Below, one piece after another: positions 44,094 to 52,771 of a stretch of 53,374 nt of DNA. The DNA is taken from IMG/VR virus record IMGVR_UViG_3300034994_000033, positions 1 to 53,374 of that record; one strand, given 5' to 3'. The translations under genes and the position numbers were made by a program. Position 1 is the first letter of the stretch, and every line of letters begins with the position of its first letter. The notes under the pieces were generated by a model. It was not told the DNA's origin and made no database searches. It saw nothing but the letters and a program-made list of their open reading frames with translations. This DNA comes from a virus. Lineage: Duplodnaviria; Caudoviricetes.

Positions 44094-44623
44094 ATCGGGC
44101 CTCCTTCCTTTGGTGGCCCTTTTGGGGCTGGCATGTCAGAGATATCGTCATACGAATCAATGTCGAAGAATTCTTCTAACATCATCAATGTATGGATTGA
44201 AAACTCCTCAATAAAAGCTGAAATTTCTGTTTTTTCAAGGGGATCAAGTTTGTTCCCGGTATAGTTGTTGAGCATTGTGGTCAGAACATAATATTTTTCC
44301 GTATAGGGGGTGTAGGCACCTAATCGGTCTTTTATCTTCCTCTCTTTATTAAAAGATAAAAAACTTCTATCTTTCTCGGCACAGTAATTAAATGCAAATC
44401 GGAGTAATTCAGAAATATTTTCTGTTACTATTTCTGGGCGCATAATAATTTCACTAAATCTATTTGAGCGGTGCATGTGGCTGATATAGCATTGAGAAGA
44501 AATAAAAAAAGAAAATACTGAAATATCAAAGGCATATTTATTGCTGATTTTTGGGTGGTTAAGTAAATCGGCTTCAAGTTTCATTGCAACAGCAATCAAT
44601 AATTCAATCGTTTTTTGTTTCAT
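44045..44623 (-). CDS. AT-rich immunity-region protein of unknown function
   Basis: GGAGG RBS before ATG 44623; low GC; same strand as the repressor; C-terminal YDDISDMPAPKGP. Confidence 0.75.
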   Translation of the reverse strand: MKQKTIELLIAVAMKLEADLLNHPKISNKYAFDISVFSFFISSQCYISHMHRSNRFSEIIMRPEIVTENISELLRFAFNYCAEKDRSFLSFNKERKIKDRLGAYTPYTEKYYVLTTMLNNYTGNKLDPLEKTEISAFIEEFSIHTLMMLEEFFDIDSYDDISDMPAPKGPPKEGGPISDTSKPRDYSSLKLY

Positions 44624-44654
44624 TTTACCACCCTCCATCCTAGTCGCTTCATTT

Positions 44655-45059
44655 CTATGCTGATTTCTTCTCTTGGAAGCTTAATACCTTCCCTTCGCTT
44701 GAATCTAATGAGGACGGAGATTCTTTACTAAATCCTTGCGCCACAAGTAGCAGCGTATTTCGTTGCTCGTCATCAATTGAACCCCACAGCTTTACAATTT
44801 GTGTCAAACGATCATCTAACTGTTTCGGCTGGTAGCATTCCTCTGATTCCGCGACCCCTACCCCGTTTAAAAACCATTCAAATGTTTTCCCGGTCTCCTG
44901 CACCAGTTGGTCAATATACTGGTATGGGACTGAGTTTCTTGTTTTCCACATGGATATTGTTGAAGCGGCAACCCCTCCCAAGTGTTCACCAAGATCCTTA
45001 TCGCCTGATGCGGCGACAGCCCCCCTCATTCTCAAAACTATTTCACTAACATTGCGCAT
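44655..45059 (-). CDS. cI: CI-like repressor (HTH, no peptidase domain)
   Basis: DKDLGEHLGGVAASTISMWKTRNSVP..FEWFLNG; divergent from the early operon. Confidence 0.85.
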   Translation of the reverse strand: MRNVSEIVLRMRGAVAASGDKDLGEHLGGVAASTISMWKTRNSVPYQYIDQLVQETGKTFEWFLNGVGVAESEECYQPKQLDDRLTQIVKLWGSIDDEQRNTLLLVAQGFSKESPSSLDSSEGKVLSFQEKKSA

Positions 45060-45135
45060 TTTGTGAATTGAACCGCCTAAAATCCAAATTTATGTGAAAT
45101 TATTTGTTGACACTTCAGATTTTGTGAATTATAAA
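45059..45135 (+). promoter_or_regulatory. Early rightward promoter with operator-like repeats
   Basis: TTGACA (45107-45112), 17 nt, TATAAA (45130-45135); TTTTGTGAATT at 45059 and 45120, TTTATGTGAAATT at 45089. Confidence 0.8.
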
Positions 45136-45167
45136 TAAGTACAGGTTAGACAAAAAGGAGAAACCAA

Positions 45168-45272
45168 ATGTTACTCAACTTCAGGATCAAGGCAACCAAC
45201 TTGTTTTTCGCATTCGCGGCGACAGAATTTTGGAGAGGCAGCAAATGTTTGGTAAGTAATCCCATAAATTAG
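45168..45272 (+). CDS. Possible 34-aa first early/leader peptide
   Basis: AAGGAG RBS directly after the promoter. Confidence 0.4.
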   Translation: MLLNFRIKATNLFFAFAATEFWRGSKCLVSNPIN

Positions 45273-45335
45273 ACCCCTTGGCCTTAACCGGCTATTTAGT
45301 ACAGCACAAAATACAACAGTTTCGAGGGCAAGGCA

Positions 45336-45554
45336 ATGAAAGAAAGCAAACCAAAATTGACAAGACGCCCAGGGGCAGGCCGGCCCCCCACTCCGGAAGC
45401 CGAACAGTGCAAGCGGGGCAAGATTACCGTGTATATCGCCCCTGAACGTATTCCTCAGATGAAACGGCTGGCAAAAGCAAAGGGCTTGCCAGTATCCGGT
45501 TTTTTGCGGACGCTGGCTTATACCGGCATGGATGAACTGGATAGGGTTGCCTAG
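45336..45554 (+). CDS. Ribbon-helix-helix DNA-binding protein (Cro position)
   Basis: GAGRPP, then KITVYI..MKRLAKAKGLPVSGFLRTL. Confidence 0.75.
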   Translation: MKESKPKLTRRPGAGRPPTPEAEQCKRGKITVYIAPERIPQMKRLAKAKGLPVSGFLRTLAYTGMDELDRVA

Positions 45555-45635
45555 CTGTTCATCTTGTTGAACACCTTGCCAGCTTTTTTATTATTCGCAA
45601 AATGCTGAAAACTACCAGTGCAGGAGGAATCAACC

Positions 45636-46070
45636 ATGGAACCGTATCAAGAGCGTGTTGTGGCGGAACGGGACGAGTTGAGTGAAAAACGGTGCAATCT
45701 GATTTCTTTTATTGAAACACCCGCTTTTGACAGCCTGAATGGTGCCGAAAAAGACAGACTTAGGAAACAGGCGACCATTATGACGGATTATTTTGTTGTT
45801 TTGGGTGAACGTATTGACGCTTTCGGCGAGCCAGAGCCGCGCGGCATTACAAGTGGCTTAAGTGCCGTTGATTACATGCTCAAGATAAACAGGGATTGTC
45901 TGAAGCGCCTCCTGTTGCCGTTGCGGGAGCGCCTGGATATCTTCGCCGATACCTGTCTCCACGAAGAACGTAAAGATGCAAGAGGTTTAGCTGATGATCT
46001 TACAAACGTGATTGCGCACCTGCAGTCGATGGTTGACGAAATCACAGCGGAACAGGAGGAAACGCCATGA
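45636..46070 (+). CDS. Conserved phage protein (crAss001_48-like N-terminal domain)
   Basis: YQERVVAERDEL..RKQATIMTDYFVVLGERI; AGGAGG RBS. Confidence 0.7.
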   Translation: MEPYQERVVAERDELSEKRCNLISFIETPAFDSLNGAEKDRLRKQATIMTDYFVVLGERIDAFGEPEPRGITSGLSAVDYMLKINRDCLKRLLLPLRERLDIFADTCLHEERKDARGLADDLTNVIAHLQSMVDEITAEQEETP

Positions 46071-46333
46071 ACACCTCACTACAGCAGTCAATTGCATCTG
46101 CCAATCGCAAAGCTAGTGTTGGCCGGCAGAAGGTTTTTGCCAAGAAGTCGTACATCAAGACGACCGAACTGCAGCTGATTGATTTGTTGCGGGAGCGGGT
46201 GCAGGACGCACTGGACTGTTTCTATCGGGGCGCTGGCGATATGAGCCAGGCGATGAAGGCGCTGCGGGAATGTGATGCACTGGTGGGAAAGCGGGTTGCT
46301 GATATCACCAGGACGGGGGTGAGCCGTGGCTGA
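46067..46333 (+). CDS. Hypothetical protein
   Basis: AGGAGG RBS, ATGA overlap. Confidence 0.7.
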   Translation: MNTSLQQSIASANRKASVGRQKVFAKKSYIKTTELQLIDLLRERVQDALDCFYRGAGDMSQAMKALRECDALVGKRVADITRTGVSRG

Positions 46334-46685
46334 TTCTGTCGCCATTGCTTCCATCGTGACGATGACCGAGGCGCTGGATCTCTGCCGCAAAGGGTCAGGG
46401 ATACCTGCCAAGGTGATGGCAGGCCGGCTGGGTATTGGATATGACGCTTTTGTGCGCATGTTTAATGCTGACGACCCGCGCCACTTTCCACCCGATTTGA
46501 TTCCCGCCTTGATGCGGGAGTGCAAGAGCCGGTTGCCGCTGGAGTGGTTGGCCCTGCAGGTGGACATGGTTGTCCACGATAAAGAGATAATTGTGATTCT
46601 GGATGCTATCCGGACGGCGTTGGCGGATCCAGGCAAAGAAGTACGGTTCTGTTTTAAGAGCGGCGGCGGGGTTGAACTGTTATGA
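46326..46685 (+). CDS. CII-like regulatory protein
   Basis: KVMAGRLGIGYDAFVRMFNADD..IPALMREC..PLEWLA. Confidence 0.65.
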   Translation: MADSVAIASIVTMTEALDLCRKGSGIPAKVMAGRLGIGYDAFVRMFNADDPRHFPPDLIPALMRECKSRLPLEWLALQVDMVVHDKEIIVILDAIRTALADPGKEVRFCFKSGGGVELL

Positions 46686-46939
46686 GCCCGCAGGTGGCGG
46701 TAGATTTCGGGGTGTATCCGGTGACGGGAGAACCGGGACGCTACCACGTCAAGTCAAGCGGGCGGAGCGGTCTGTTGTACCTGGTCGATCTGGATGAACT
46801 GACGAGCGGTTGGTGCGGCTGCCCTCACTTTGAATACAAAATCGCGGCGTCACTGTCCCCGGTTGCCGAGTGCAAGCACATCCGTTCTGCCAAGGTGTAC
46901 CGGAAATTACAGCATTGTTTCGGAGGGGCAAGGCCATGA
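46682..46939 (+). CDS. SWIM zinc-finger protein
   Basis: YLVDL..CGCPHF...CKHI. Confidence 0.8.
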   Translation: MSPQVAVDFGVYPVTGEPGRYHVKSSGRSGLLYLVDLDELTSGWCGCPHFEYKIAASLSPVAECKHIRSAKVYRKLQHCFGGARP

Positions 46940-47127
46940 CCAACGAACAGATGATTTTAAGCCGCCTGGATTCAATCGAAAGGTTATTGCGCAAGCTGCT
47001 TGTCCCATCGACGCTGTTATCGCCCGCTGATAATGATTTTCTTCGGGCCGAGCAGGCGGCGCTGGCGGCGCGGGACAAAAGCCGGGCCAAGAAGGCGTTG
47101 AAGGGGTGGGACTATAGCAAGGTGTGA
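46936..47127 (+). CDS. Hypothetical protein
   Basis: ATGA overlap; 3' part of track ORF 46870..47127. Confidence 0.55.
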   Translation: MTNEQMILSRLDSIERLLRKLLVPSTLLSPADNDFLRAEQAALAARDKSRAKKALKGWDYSKV

Positions 47128-47330
47128 CGGAATCTTTATCGACGGGAGGGGAGCTCCATGACGGACTACAAAAACCAATGCAACTGGCGGAGGAACAAGA
47201 TGCTCTGGAAACAAAAGAAAGCAGCTCAGGCAATCATGCTCACGGTTATAGCGGTACTGGTGTACGGGTTTGTTGGTTATCTGGAACAGGAGCCGGTTGT
47301 GGTTGAAGCGCATTTGCTGGAGGCGCGGTA

Positions 47331-47534
47331 ATGAGTCCGGTATGGATTGCGTTCTGGGTCGGCATGGTTGCCGGAACTCTTGCGGGTGTTTTTGTCATTT
47401 CGCTCTGTCTGGCAGCCAAAAGGGGTGATGCTTTGCCGGTGCAATGCCCCTGCGATAATGCAGAGCAAGGACGGGCCTGCAGGGAGTGTGAAGATTTACA
47501 ATTTAAAACGGGACCGCCGAGGTTGCCGCGATGA
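47331..47534 (+). CDS. Small membrane protein with Cys-rich tail
   Basis: GGAGG RBS; single TM helix. Confidence 0.65.
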   Translation: MSPVWIAFWVGMVAGTLAGVFVISLCLAAKRGDALPVQCPCDNAEQGRACRECEDLQFKTGPPRLPR

Positions 47535-47935
47535 GTTGCCCCAAGTGTTGCACCCGCCTTCGCGAAGAACACACTTTTTCCGGGCCATCGGGGTTATTGC
47601 GGCAGAACGGCGATTCTGCAACGAATATGGTTTCAGGGTTCACTTGCTGGAAGTGTGGCTACTGGCGGGATGCCGATGTTGTCCCGGTAGTGTGCGGCGT
47701 GCCACCGAAGGCTGGTGAGCCCGTGCGGGAATACGACCCCGTCCAAAAGACGGCTACCTATCATATCGTGGTGAAGTTTTTCGACAGTATCACGGCTCAG
47801 AGGAAAGACGGTGTTTCCTGGCATGTCGTGGCGAAGTTGCTTACTCAAGCGGGGCATCGCTGTCAGGAAAAGACGTTGCAGAAGCATTTTTTATTAGAGC
47901 AGGGCAAGCGGTGTGGTGATGAAAAAGCGACGTAA
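47531..47935 (+). CDS. Zinc-ribbon plus HTH-like protein
   Basis: CPKC, CWKC, GVSWHVVAKLL. Confidence 0.65.
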   Translation: MSCPKCCTRLREEHTFSGPSGLLRQNGDSATNMVSGFTCWKCGYWRDADVVPVVCGVPPKAGEPVREYDPVQKTATYHIVVKFFDSITAQRKDGVSWHVVAKLLTQAGHRCQEKTLQKHFLLEQGKRCGDEKAT

Positions 47936-48113
47936 GAACAGATTCAAGCAAGTTGCACAGCCTGTTGGGCAGTGCAAGGACTGTACGGTGAAGTATTGCC
48001 CGGAGTCCAGACAGGAGGGATGCGCGAAGTCGGTCTTTATGGCGATAGCCGCCGGGACTTCTTATGACTGCCCTGATCGGGTAGCCCCATATTGGGAAAC
48101 AATGTGCGCGTGA
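47913..48113 (+). CDS. Small Cys-rich protein
   Basis: CKDC..C..C..C. Confidence 0.5.
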   Translation: MVMKKRRKNRFKQVAQPVGQCKDCTVKYCPESRQEGCAKSVFMAIAAGTSYDCPDRVAPYWETMCA

Positions 48114-48142
48114 GCGGCACAACAACGAAAAGGAGGTAGTAA

Positions 48143-48526
48143 ATGGAACCACAGAATCCGGTTGTAAGTTTGGACACGCTGATGGGCGGGGAGATTATTG
48201 ACAGGTTCAAGTATGAGTTTAATCGGGTAGTGGAAAACATCGCTGATCCGAATACAACTCTGTCAAAGCGGAGCATCACTATCAAGATGGACGTGAAGCC
48301 GAACAAGTCACGGACTCAGAGTGATGTGCTCGTGGGCTTTACGGTCAAGCTGGCACCGACTGAGGCAATGGACACAACAGTGTTCATCAGTATGACCAAG
48401 AAGGGTCTGGTTGTGTCCGAATATAATCCGAAACAGCCAAGCCTGCCAGAGTTTGAAGTTGGCAACGCCCCGCCGATGGCTTTATCGACTGTTACACAGC
48501 TTCGTTCCGCAGGGGGTGTATCTTGA
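48143..48526 (+). CDS. Conserved phage early protein
   Basis: AAGGAGGT RBS; VVENIADPNT..KRSITI motif. Confidence 0.75.
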   Translation: MEPQNPVVSLDTLMGGEIIDRFKYEFNRVVENIADPNTTLSKRSITIKMDVKPNKSRTQSDVLVGFTVKLAPTEAMDTTVFISMTKKGLVVSEYNPKQPSLPEFEVGNAPPMALSTVTQLRSAGGVS

Positions 48527-49245
48527 TCGCAACCGCATTGAAGTATCTTATTTCCATTGCCACGCCGCAACCGCTGGAGCTTGAGCAGCGGCCCTACACT
48601 ACTGCACAGGTATTCCCGGTAAAGACTCCCCTCCCCGGCACGCTGGAGATAAATACTCTGGCCGGCATCAAAGATTATCTGAAAGAGAATATTGACGGCT
48701 TGGAACTGGATCATCTGATGGTGCATGTGCTTGGGCCAAAGACCGTTCTTATCAAATCCCGCCTGCTTGGCCCGTTTGAGGATCGCGCCGGTTACGTGAC
48801 GGCGCTACATAAGCAGCCTGAGTTTGCGTTTGGCAAGTATCTGGATATCGAGTCGTTTATCATCGAATTGCAGTCAAAGTTTGTCCAGGACGAAACGACC
48901 GGCAGGATTCTACAGCTTGTGGGCACTATTACTGACGACCAGATCCAGGTGTATGCCGATGATGGCGTGACTCAGGCGGTTACGGCGAAGAACAGTATCG
49001 GCATGATGTCACAGCAGAAAGTACCTAATCCGGTCATTCTCTTTCCACGGCGTTCTTTCAACGAGATCGATCAGGTCATGGGACGGTTTGTGTTGCGCAT
49101 GAAGTCCGGTACGACAACAGCAAACGCTAGACCCGCCGTTGCCCTCTTTGAATCTGATGGCGGCATGTGGGAGCTGGAGGCTATCGCGGCAATTTGTGCC
49201 TGGCTGCGGGTGAATATCCCTGATGAAGTAGCAATTATTGCGTAA
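48523..49245 (+). CDS. Conserved phage early protein (partner of the previous gene)
   Basis: DDGVTQAV, VPNPVIL, ALFESDGGMW. Confidence 0.75.
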   Translation: MIATALKYLISIATPQPLELEQRPYTTAQVFPVKTPLPGTLEINTLAGIKDYLKENIDGLELDHLMVHVLGPKTVLIKSRLLGPFEDRAGYVTALHKQPEFAFGKYLDIESFIIELQSKFVQDETTGRILQLVGTITDDQIQVYADDGVTQAVTAKNSIGMMSQQKVPNPVILFPRRSFNEIDQVMGRFVLRMKSGTTTANARPAVALFESDGGMWELEAIAAICAWLRVNIPDEVAIIA

Positions 49246-49616
49246 AGACTTCGCTTTGCGGCGTGGACAGTGACACGCGGCTTTTAGTAGGGGAATGAGG
49301 TAACGGCCATGACCAAGAGGGTTAATCAAGGACGGCGGGAACGAGAGGCTGGAAAACGCCATAGGCGTGGGCAGGTGTGGAGTTCGCACATGCCAGCGGG
49401 TCAATCTCCGTTGAAGCTCGGTAATAAAAAGACAGGCATTTTCTTAAGCAAGTCTTTTGCTGCCCTTGATCGTACCTCGAAGCATCAGCCTGTGTCCGAC
49501 TCCGAAAGCAACGCCTAAATGGTACGGCGGAGAGATTGGCATAGTACGAGCGGGGTGTAATTCCCCGCCAAAGCGAAACTTAATTATCAAAATCCTGAAA
49601 TTTTAGAGGTTATTAA

Positions 49617-50219
49617 ATGAAATGTTTTTACCACAGCGCCGATCAAGACGGACGTTGTTCCGGCGTTGTTGGCAAAGCTGCTTGTGAACTGGTGTGGGAA
49701 TGTCTGATTGGTTCCGATATGCCGCGTGCGGTGTTTCTGTTGGGCCGTTATGACGTGTGGGACTGGATGAATCACCCTGGCGCCATGGAGTTTCAGAAAG
49801 GCGTCTGGCAGTTCGACACTGACCCGAACAATAGCGAGTTCTGGCACCGTCTGTTCATTGATGATGCACAGGTGGCGGAAATTACTCGTGACGGAGCCCT
49901 GCTGCTGGCGGCACAGAAGAAAGATAACGAAAGCTATCTGCGGACGTGCGGCTTTGAAACGGAACTGGATGGATTGCGAGTATTGGCCGTCAACAAGGGG
50001 CTTACCAACTCGACGGTATTCGATTCGGGTTATGATCCCGAGAAGCACGACGCTATGCTTTCGTTCTGCTGGTACCGGGATAAATGGAAGGTGTCGCTGT
50101 ACGCCGAAAAGCCGGATGTTGATGTGTCGGTTATTTGCAAGGCTCGTGGCGGAGGGGGGCATAAGGGAGCTAGCGGCTTTCAGTGTGATGTGCTGCCGTT
50201 TAGTCTGGTGGGAGCATGA
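49617..50219 (+). CDS. DHH/DHHA1 phosphoesterase homologue lacking the central DHH motif
   Basis: YHSADQDG motif 1 runs directly into GKAACELVW; C-terminal GGGGHKGASGF present. Confidence 0.7.
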   Translation: MKCFYHSADQDGRCSGVVGKAACELVWECLIGSDMPRAVFLLGRYDVWDWMNHPGAMEFQKGVWQFDTDPNNSEFWHRLFIDDAQVAEITRDGALLLAAQKKDNESYLRTCGFETELDGLRVLAVNKGLTNSTVFDSGYDPEKHDAMLSFCWYRDKWKVSLYAEKPDVDVSVICKARGGGGHKGASGFQCDVLPFSLVGA

Positions 50220-50358
50220 AAGCACGTTGCCTGTGCGGCTGTAGTTTCTATGCTGAATTCACGCAATGTCTTTGCCCGAAGTGTAAGCGCCCTATTTTAT
50301 TGATAAGTAAGGAAGGTTTTCCCATGACTGTTGTCAATAACAACCGGGAGATTAAGCC

Positions 50359-50610
50359 GTGACGTGGCTCTTGACGGCGCTTAGCATTGTAGGCGTGATT
50401 CTAAATACCAGACAGGACCGTCGCTGTTTCTATATCTGGATCGTGACAAACAGCTGCTGGGCCGTGCTGGATTTTGCCAAAGGTTTGCCGGCACAAGGCA
50501 CCATGTTCCTGCTGTACCTGGGGTTGTCAGGCTGGGGTTTGTACCAGTGGCGGCATAAAGCCAGCTCTTCGCGTCAAGCTGTGTGTCAACAGTGTGGTGA
50601 AGTAGTCTGA
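50359..50610 (+). CDS. Small PnuC-like 3-TM membrane protein
   Basis: CFYIWIVTN..AQGTMFLLY..WGLYQW. Confidence 0.65.
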   Translation: MTWLLTALSIVGVILNTRQDRRCFYIWIVTNSCWAVLDFAKGLPAQGTMFLLYLGLSGWGLYQWRHKASSSRQAVCQQCGEVV

Positions 50611-50726
50611 TTGGATCAATATTGTGTCGTGACCATCAAGCCTGCGGAACGCCACCGTGGAAGGAAGCGTAAACCGAGGACGACACTTTTTAATTGAGGC
50701 CGCATAAACAAACGGAGGCGACGATA

Positions 50727-51494
50727 ATGGCAAAAACAGCAGTTGAGGCACCACGTACCAATGCCTGGCTTTTTGACCCAGAGCATCTAAGGCTTGTAAT
50801 GGATGAAAAACATCCTCTCTACGATCCGCGTGTCCACCTCCCGACAGATGAAGCCATGATTAGAAACATCATGGTCAACGGTGTGATTGAGCCCGTAATA
50901 ATTGCCAAGGAGGGCCAGGACGTTGTGGTTGTCGATGGTAGACAGCGTACCAAGAACGCTATTGAGGCTAACAAGCGCCTGACAGCTGAAGGTAAGGAGC
51001 CGGTAAAAGTTACTTGCATTATCCGGCGGGGCGATGACGCAAGCCTGTTCGGGGTACTAATATCTGCCAACGAGAACAGACAAGATGATACGCCTCTCGG
51101 TAAAGCCGACAAGTTGTCCCGGTACTTGGCAATGGGCCGGACTGAGGAACAGGCCGCGATAGCCTTTGGTGTTTCCACCGTCACTATCAAGACCTGGCTT
51201 GTAATGCTCACTCTTTCTGACAAGGTAAAGCAGGCGGTTGATGGCGGTGTCATATCTGCCACAGCCGCCGTGAAACTTGCCGATCTACCAAGGCCAGAAC
51301 AGGAAACCGCTTTGAATTCTCTTATTGAGTCAGGGGGCAGAACCTCTGGACGCAATGTCGAGAAGGTCAAAAACGGTAATCGACCTTCGCTTGCAAAAAT
51401 GAAGTCCAGGAAGGCCGTTGAACTGAAGTTGGCTGAAGAAGGGCTCCATACAGAGTTTATTGCGGCATTGAAGTGGGTACTGGGCTTGCGATAA
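50727..51494 (+). CDS. ParB/Srx N-terminal domain protein with HTH
   Basis: NGVIEPV, VVVDGRQR, ANENRQDD, EEQAAIAFGVS; stop TAA lies in the distal attC core. Confidence 0.85.
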   Translation: MAKTAVEAPRTNAWLFDPEHLRLVMDEKHPLYDPRVHLPTDEAMIRNIMVNGVIEPVIIAKEGQDVVVVDGRQRTKNAIEANKRLTAEGKEPVKVTCIIRRGDDASLFGVLISANENRQDDTPLGKADKLSRYLAMGRTEEQAAIAFGVSTVTIKTWLVMLTLSDKVKQAVDGGVISATAAVKLADLPRPEQETALNSLIESGGRTSGRNVEKVKNGNRPSLAKMKSRKAVELKLAEEGLHTEFIAALKWVLGLR

Positions 51495-51539
51495 CGGCTA
51501 GAGGATGACGGGCTTGCCCCGTCCAGCCGATTGTTATCC
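51489..51539 (-). mobile_element. attC: attC site (51 bp), distal end of the array
   Basis: CGATAAC-GGCTAGAG-GATGACGGG..CCCGTC(C)AGC-CGATT-GTTATCC. Confidence 0.85.
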
Positions 51540-51573
51540 TTCGGGGTGGCAATCGAGACAAAGGAGCGGCAAA

Positions 51574-51939
51574 ATGTTAAACGTGAATGATTCCAGTATG
51601 GCGGCAAATGCAATCTGTCACGCTGCCGAAATGACCCGCGAAACGATCAGAATGGCAGTCTACGAGTACGAACGTCCGTCAACGGTACACAAACCCCGTC
51701 TTTTCATTGATGGCGATCATTGGTGTGCTCTCTTCGGTGAGAATTTACAGGACGGTGTTGCAGGATTCGGGGTGTCTCCTTCGGCGGCAATGAACGATTT
51801 TGACAACAACTGGTGTAGGCCGCTACCGCCCAAAATGAGCGGTATTCCCGGCATGACTCAAAAGGATTTCGAAACCGTCGTGGCAGAAGAACAACGGATA
51901 ATTGACCGGGAAAATTTGGAGAAGCTGAAAGAAGGATAA
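51574..51939 (+). CDS. Cassette gene, hypothetical protein with HicB-like segment
   Basis: AAGGAG RBS; DGDHWCALFG..GVAGFGVSPSAAM; cassette ends GTTATCCTTC and GAAGGATAAC are perfect 10-bp complements. Confidence 0.75.
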   Translation: MLNVNDSSMAANAICHAAEMTRETIRMAVYEYERPSTVHKPRLFIDGDHWCALFGENLQDGVAGFGVSPSAAMNDFDNNWCRPLPPKMSGIPGMTQKDFETVVAEEQRIIDRENLEKLKEG

Positions 51940-51986
51940 CGGCCTTGGCAATCAGCGGGTTCACCGCTGGATTGACTTGGTTAAAC
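51934..51986 (-). mobile_element. attC: attC site (53 bp)
   Basis: GGATAAC..CAATCAGCGG..CCGCTG(G)ATTG..GTTAAAC. Confidence 0.9.
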
Positions 51987-52005
51987 CAGCGAAAGGAGAA
52001 AAATT

Positions 52006-52257
52006 ATGTCACACGGATGCTCAAGCCGATCAATAACCAGTATGGAACAGTTTGGACAGTTGAGCGGCGAACCCCAAACCAGCTCCGAGCGTATGCACAG
52101 GGCTGAGGCATTAGCAAACCATTATCGCAATGCACTGAAATTAATTGCAGATTCTGATATTACTCCAGAGATTGCAAAACAGATTTCCGATGGGGTCTCC
52201 GTAGACCGAATTTATGAAAATATCGCATACGAGGCGCTGCAACTAGAGTCGGTTTAA
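52006..52257 (+). CDS. Cassette gene, hypothetical protein
   Basis: AAGGAG RBS; ends GTTAAACC and GGTTTAAC are complementary; stop in the core site. Confidence 0.75.
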   Translation: MSHGCSSRSITSMEQFGQLSGEPQTSSERMHRAEALANHYRNALKLIADSDITPEIAKQISDGVSVDRIYENIAYEALQLESV

Positions 52258-52320
52258 CGGGGCGGCGGATGAGCAGCTGTCCCGCGAAGCGGGGTGACTG
52301 TCTCTATCCGTTGGTTCGAC
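52252..52320 (-). mobile_element. attC: attC site (69 bp)
   Basis: GTTTAAC..CGGATGAGCAG..GCGAAGC..CTGTCTC(T)ATCCG-TTG-GTTCGAC. Confidence 0.85.
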
Positions 52321-52435
52321 GCCCCGGAGGGGCGCTCGCAACCAATGTAAGCAAGTGGGGGTGGGGTCGATTCGGAACCTCGCCGCTTTTGACTCAAAAC
52401 AGTTTGTTGGCCGGAACGGCCATAAGGGGGTTGGT

Positions 52436-52684
52436 GTGAAACCTAGATTGAAATGTGATAATTGCGATTGGACTCAACAGACTGAATCATGCAAAGAAGC
52501 GGCAACTTGGCTGAATAAGCAGTGCCCTGCTTGTGGCAAGTGTGAAATTGTATCTATGGCGGATTTAATGGTACTGGCACAAATCCAGGGGTTAGAAGAT
52601 TTTGGCCTTGCTGGAGAGTCTGACTCTGTTTTGGATGGAGAATCGGTACGGTATGAAATTGATACTGCCGTGCTCCGTGGTTGA
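52436..52684 (+). CDS. Cassette gene, zinc-ribbon protein
   Basis: AAGGGGG RBS, GTG start; CDNC, CPAC. Confidence 0.7.
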   Translation: MKPRLKCDNCDWTQQTESCKEAATWLNKQCPACGKCEIVSMADLMVLAQIQGLEDFGLAGESDSVLDGESVRYEIDTAVLRG

Positions 52685-52730
52685 TTTTGTCGGGCAACGC
52701 CCGTGGCGAGGTTTTGAATCGGCCTTAAAT

Positions 52731-52754
52731 CAGCTGCTCATCCGCCGCCCCGTT
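52731..52754 (+). repeat. Inverted 24-bp copy of one arm of attC 52252-52320
   Basis: CAGCTGCTCATCCGCCGCCCCGTT is the exact reverse complement of 52256-52279. Confidence 0.95.
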
Positions 52755-52771
52755 CGTTGCCCCGCAGGGGC

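Noticed and set aside
49246-49616. tRNA-like or ncRNA element around GCGGGGTGTAATTCCCCGCCA, and ORF 49309..49518
   Set aside because: Only isolated hairpins, no cloverleaf could be built, and the ORF has no recognisable features; insufficient support either way.
50727-51494. parB-like gene as a cassette or as a plasmid partition system
   Set aside because: No complementary core or attC upstream, and no parA gene seen.
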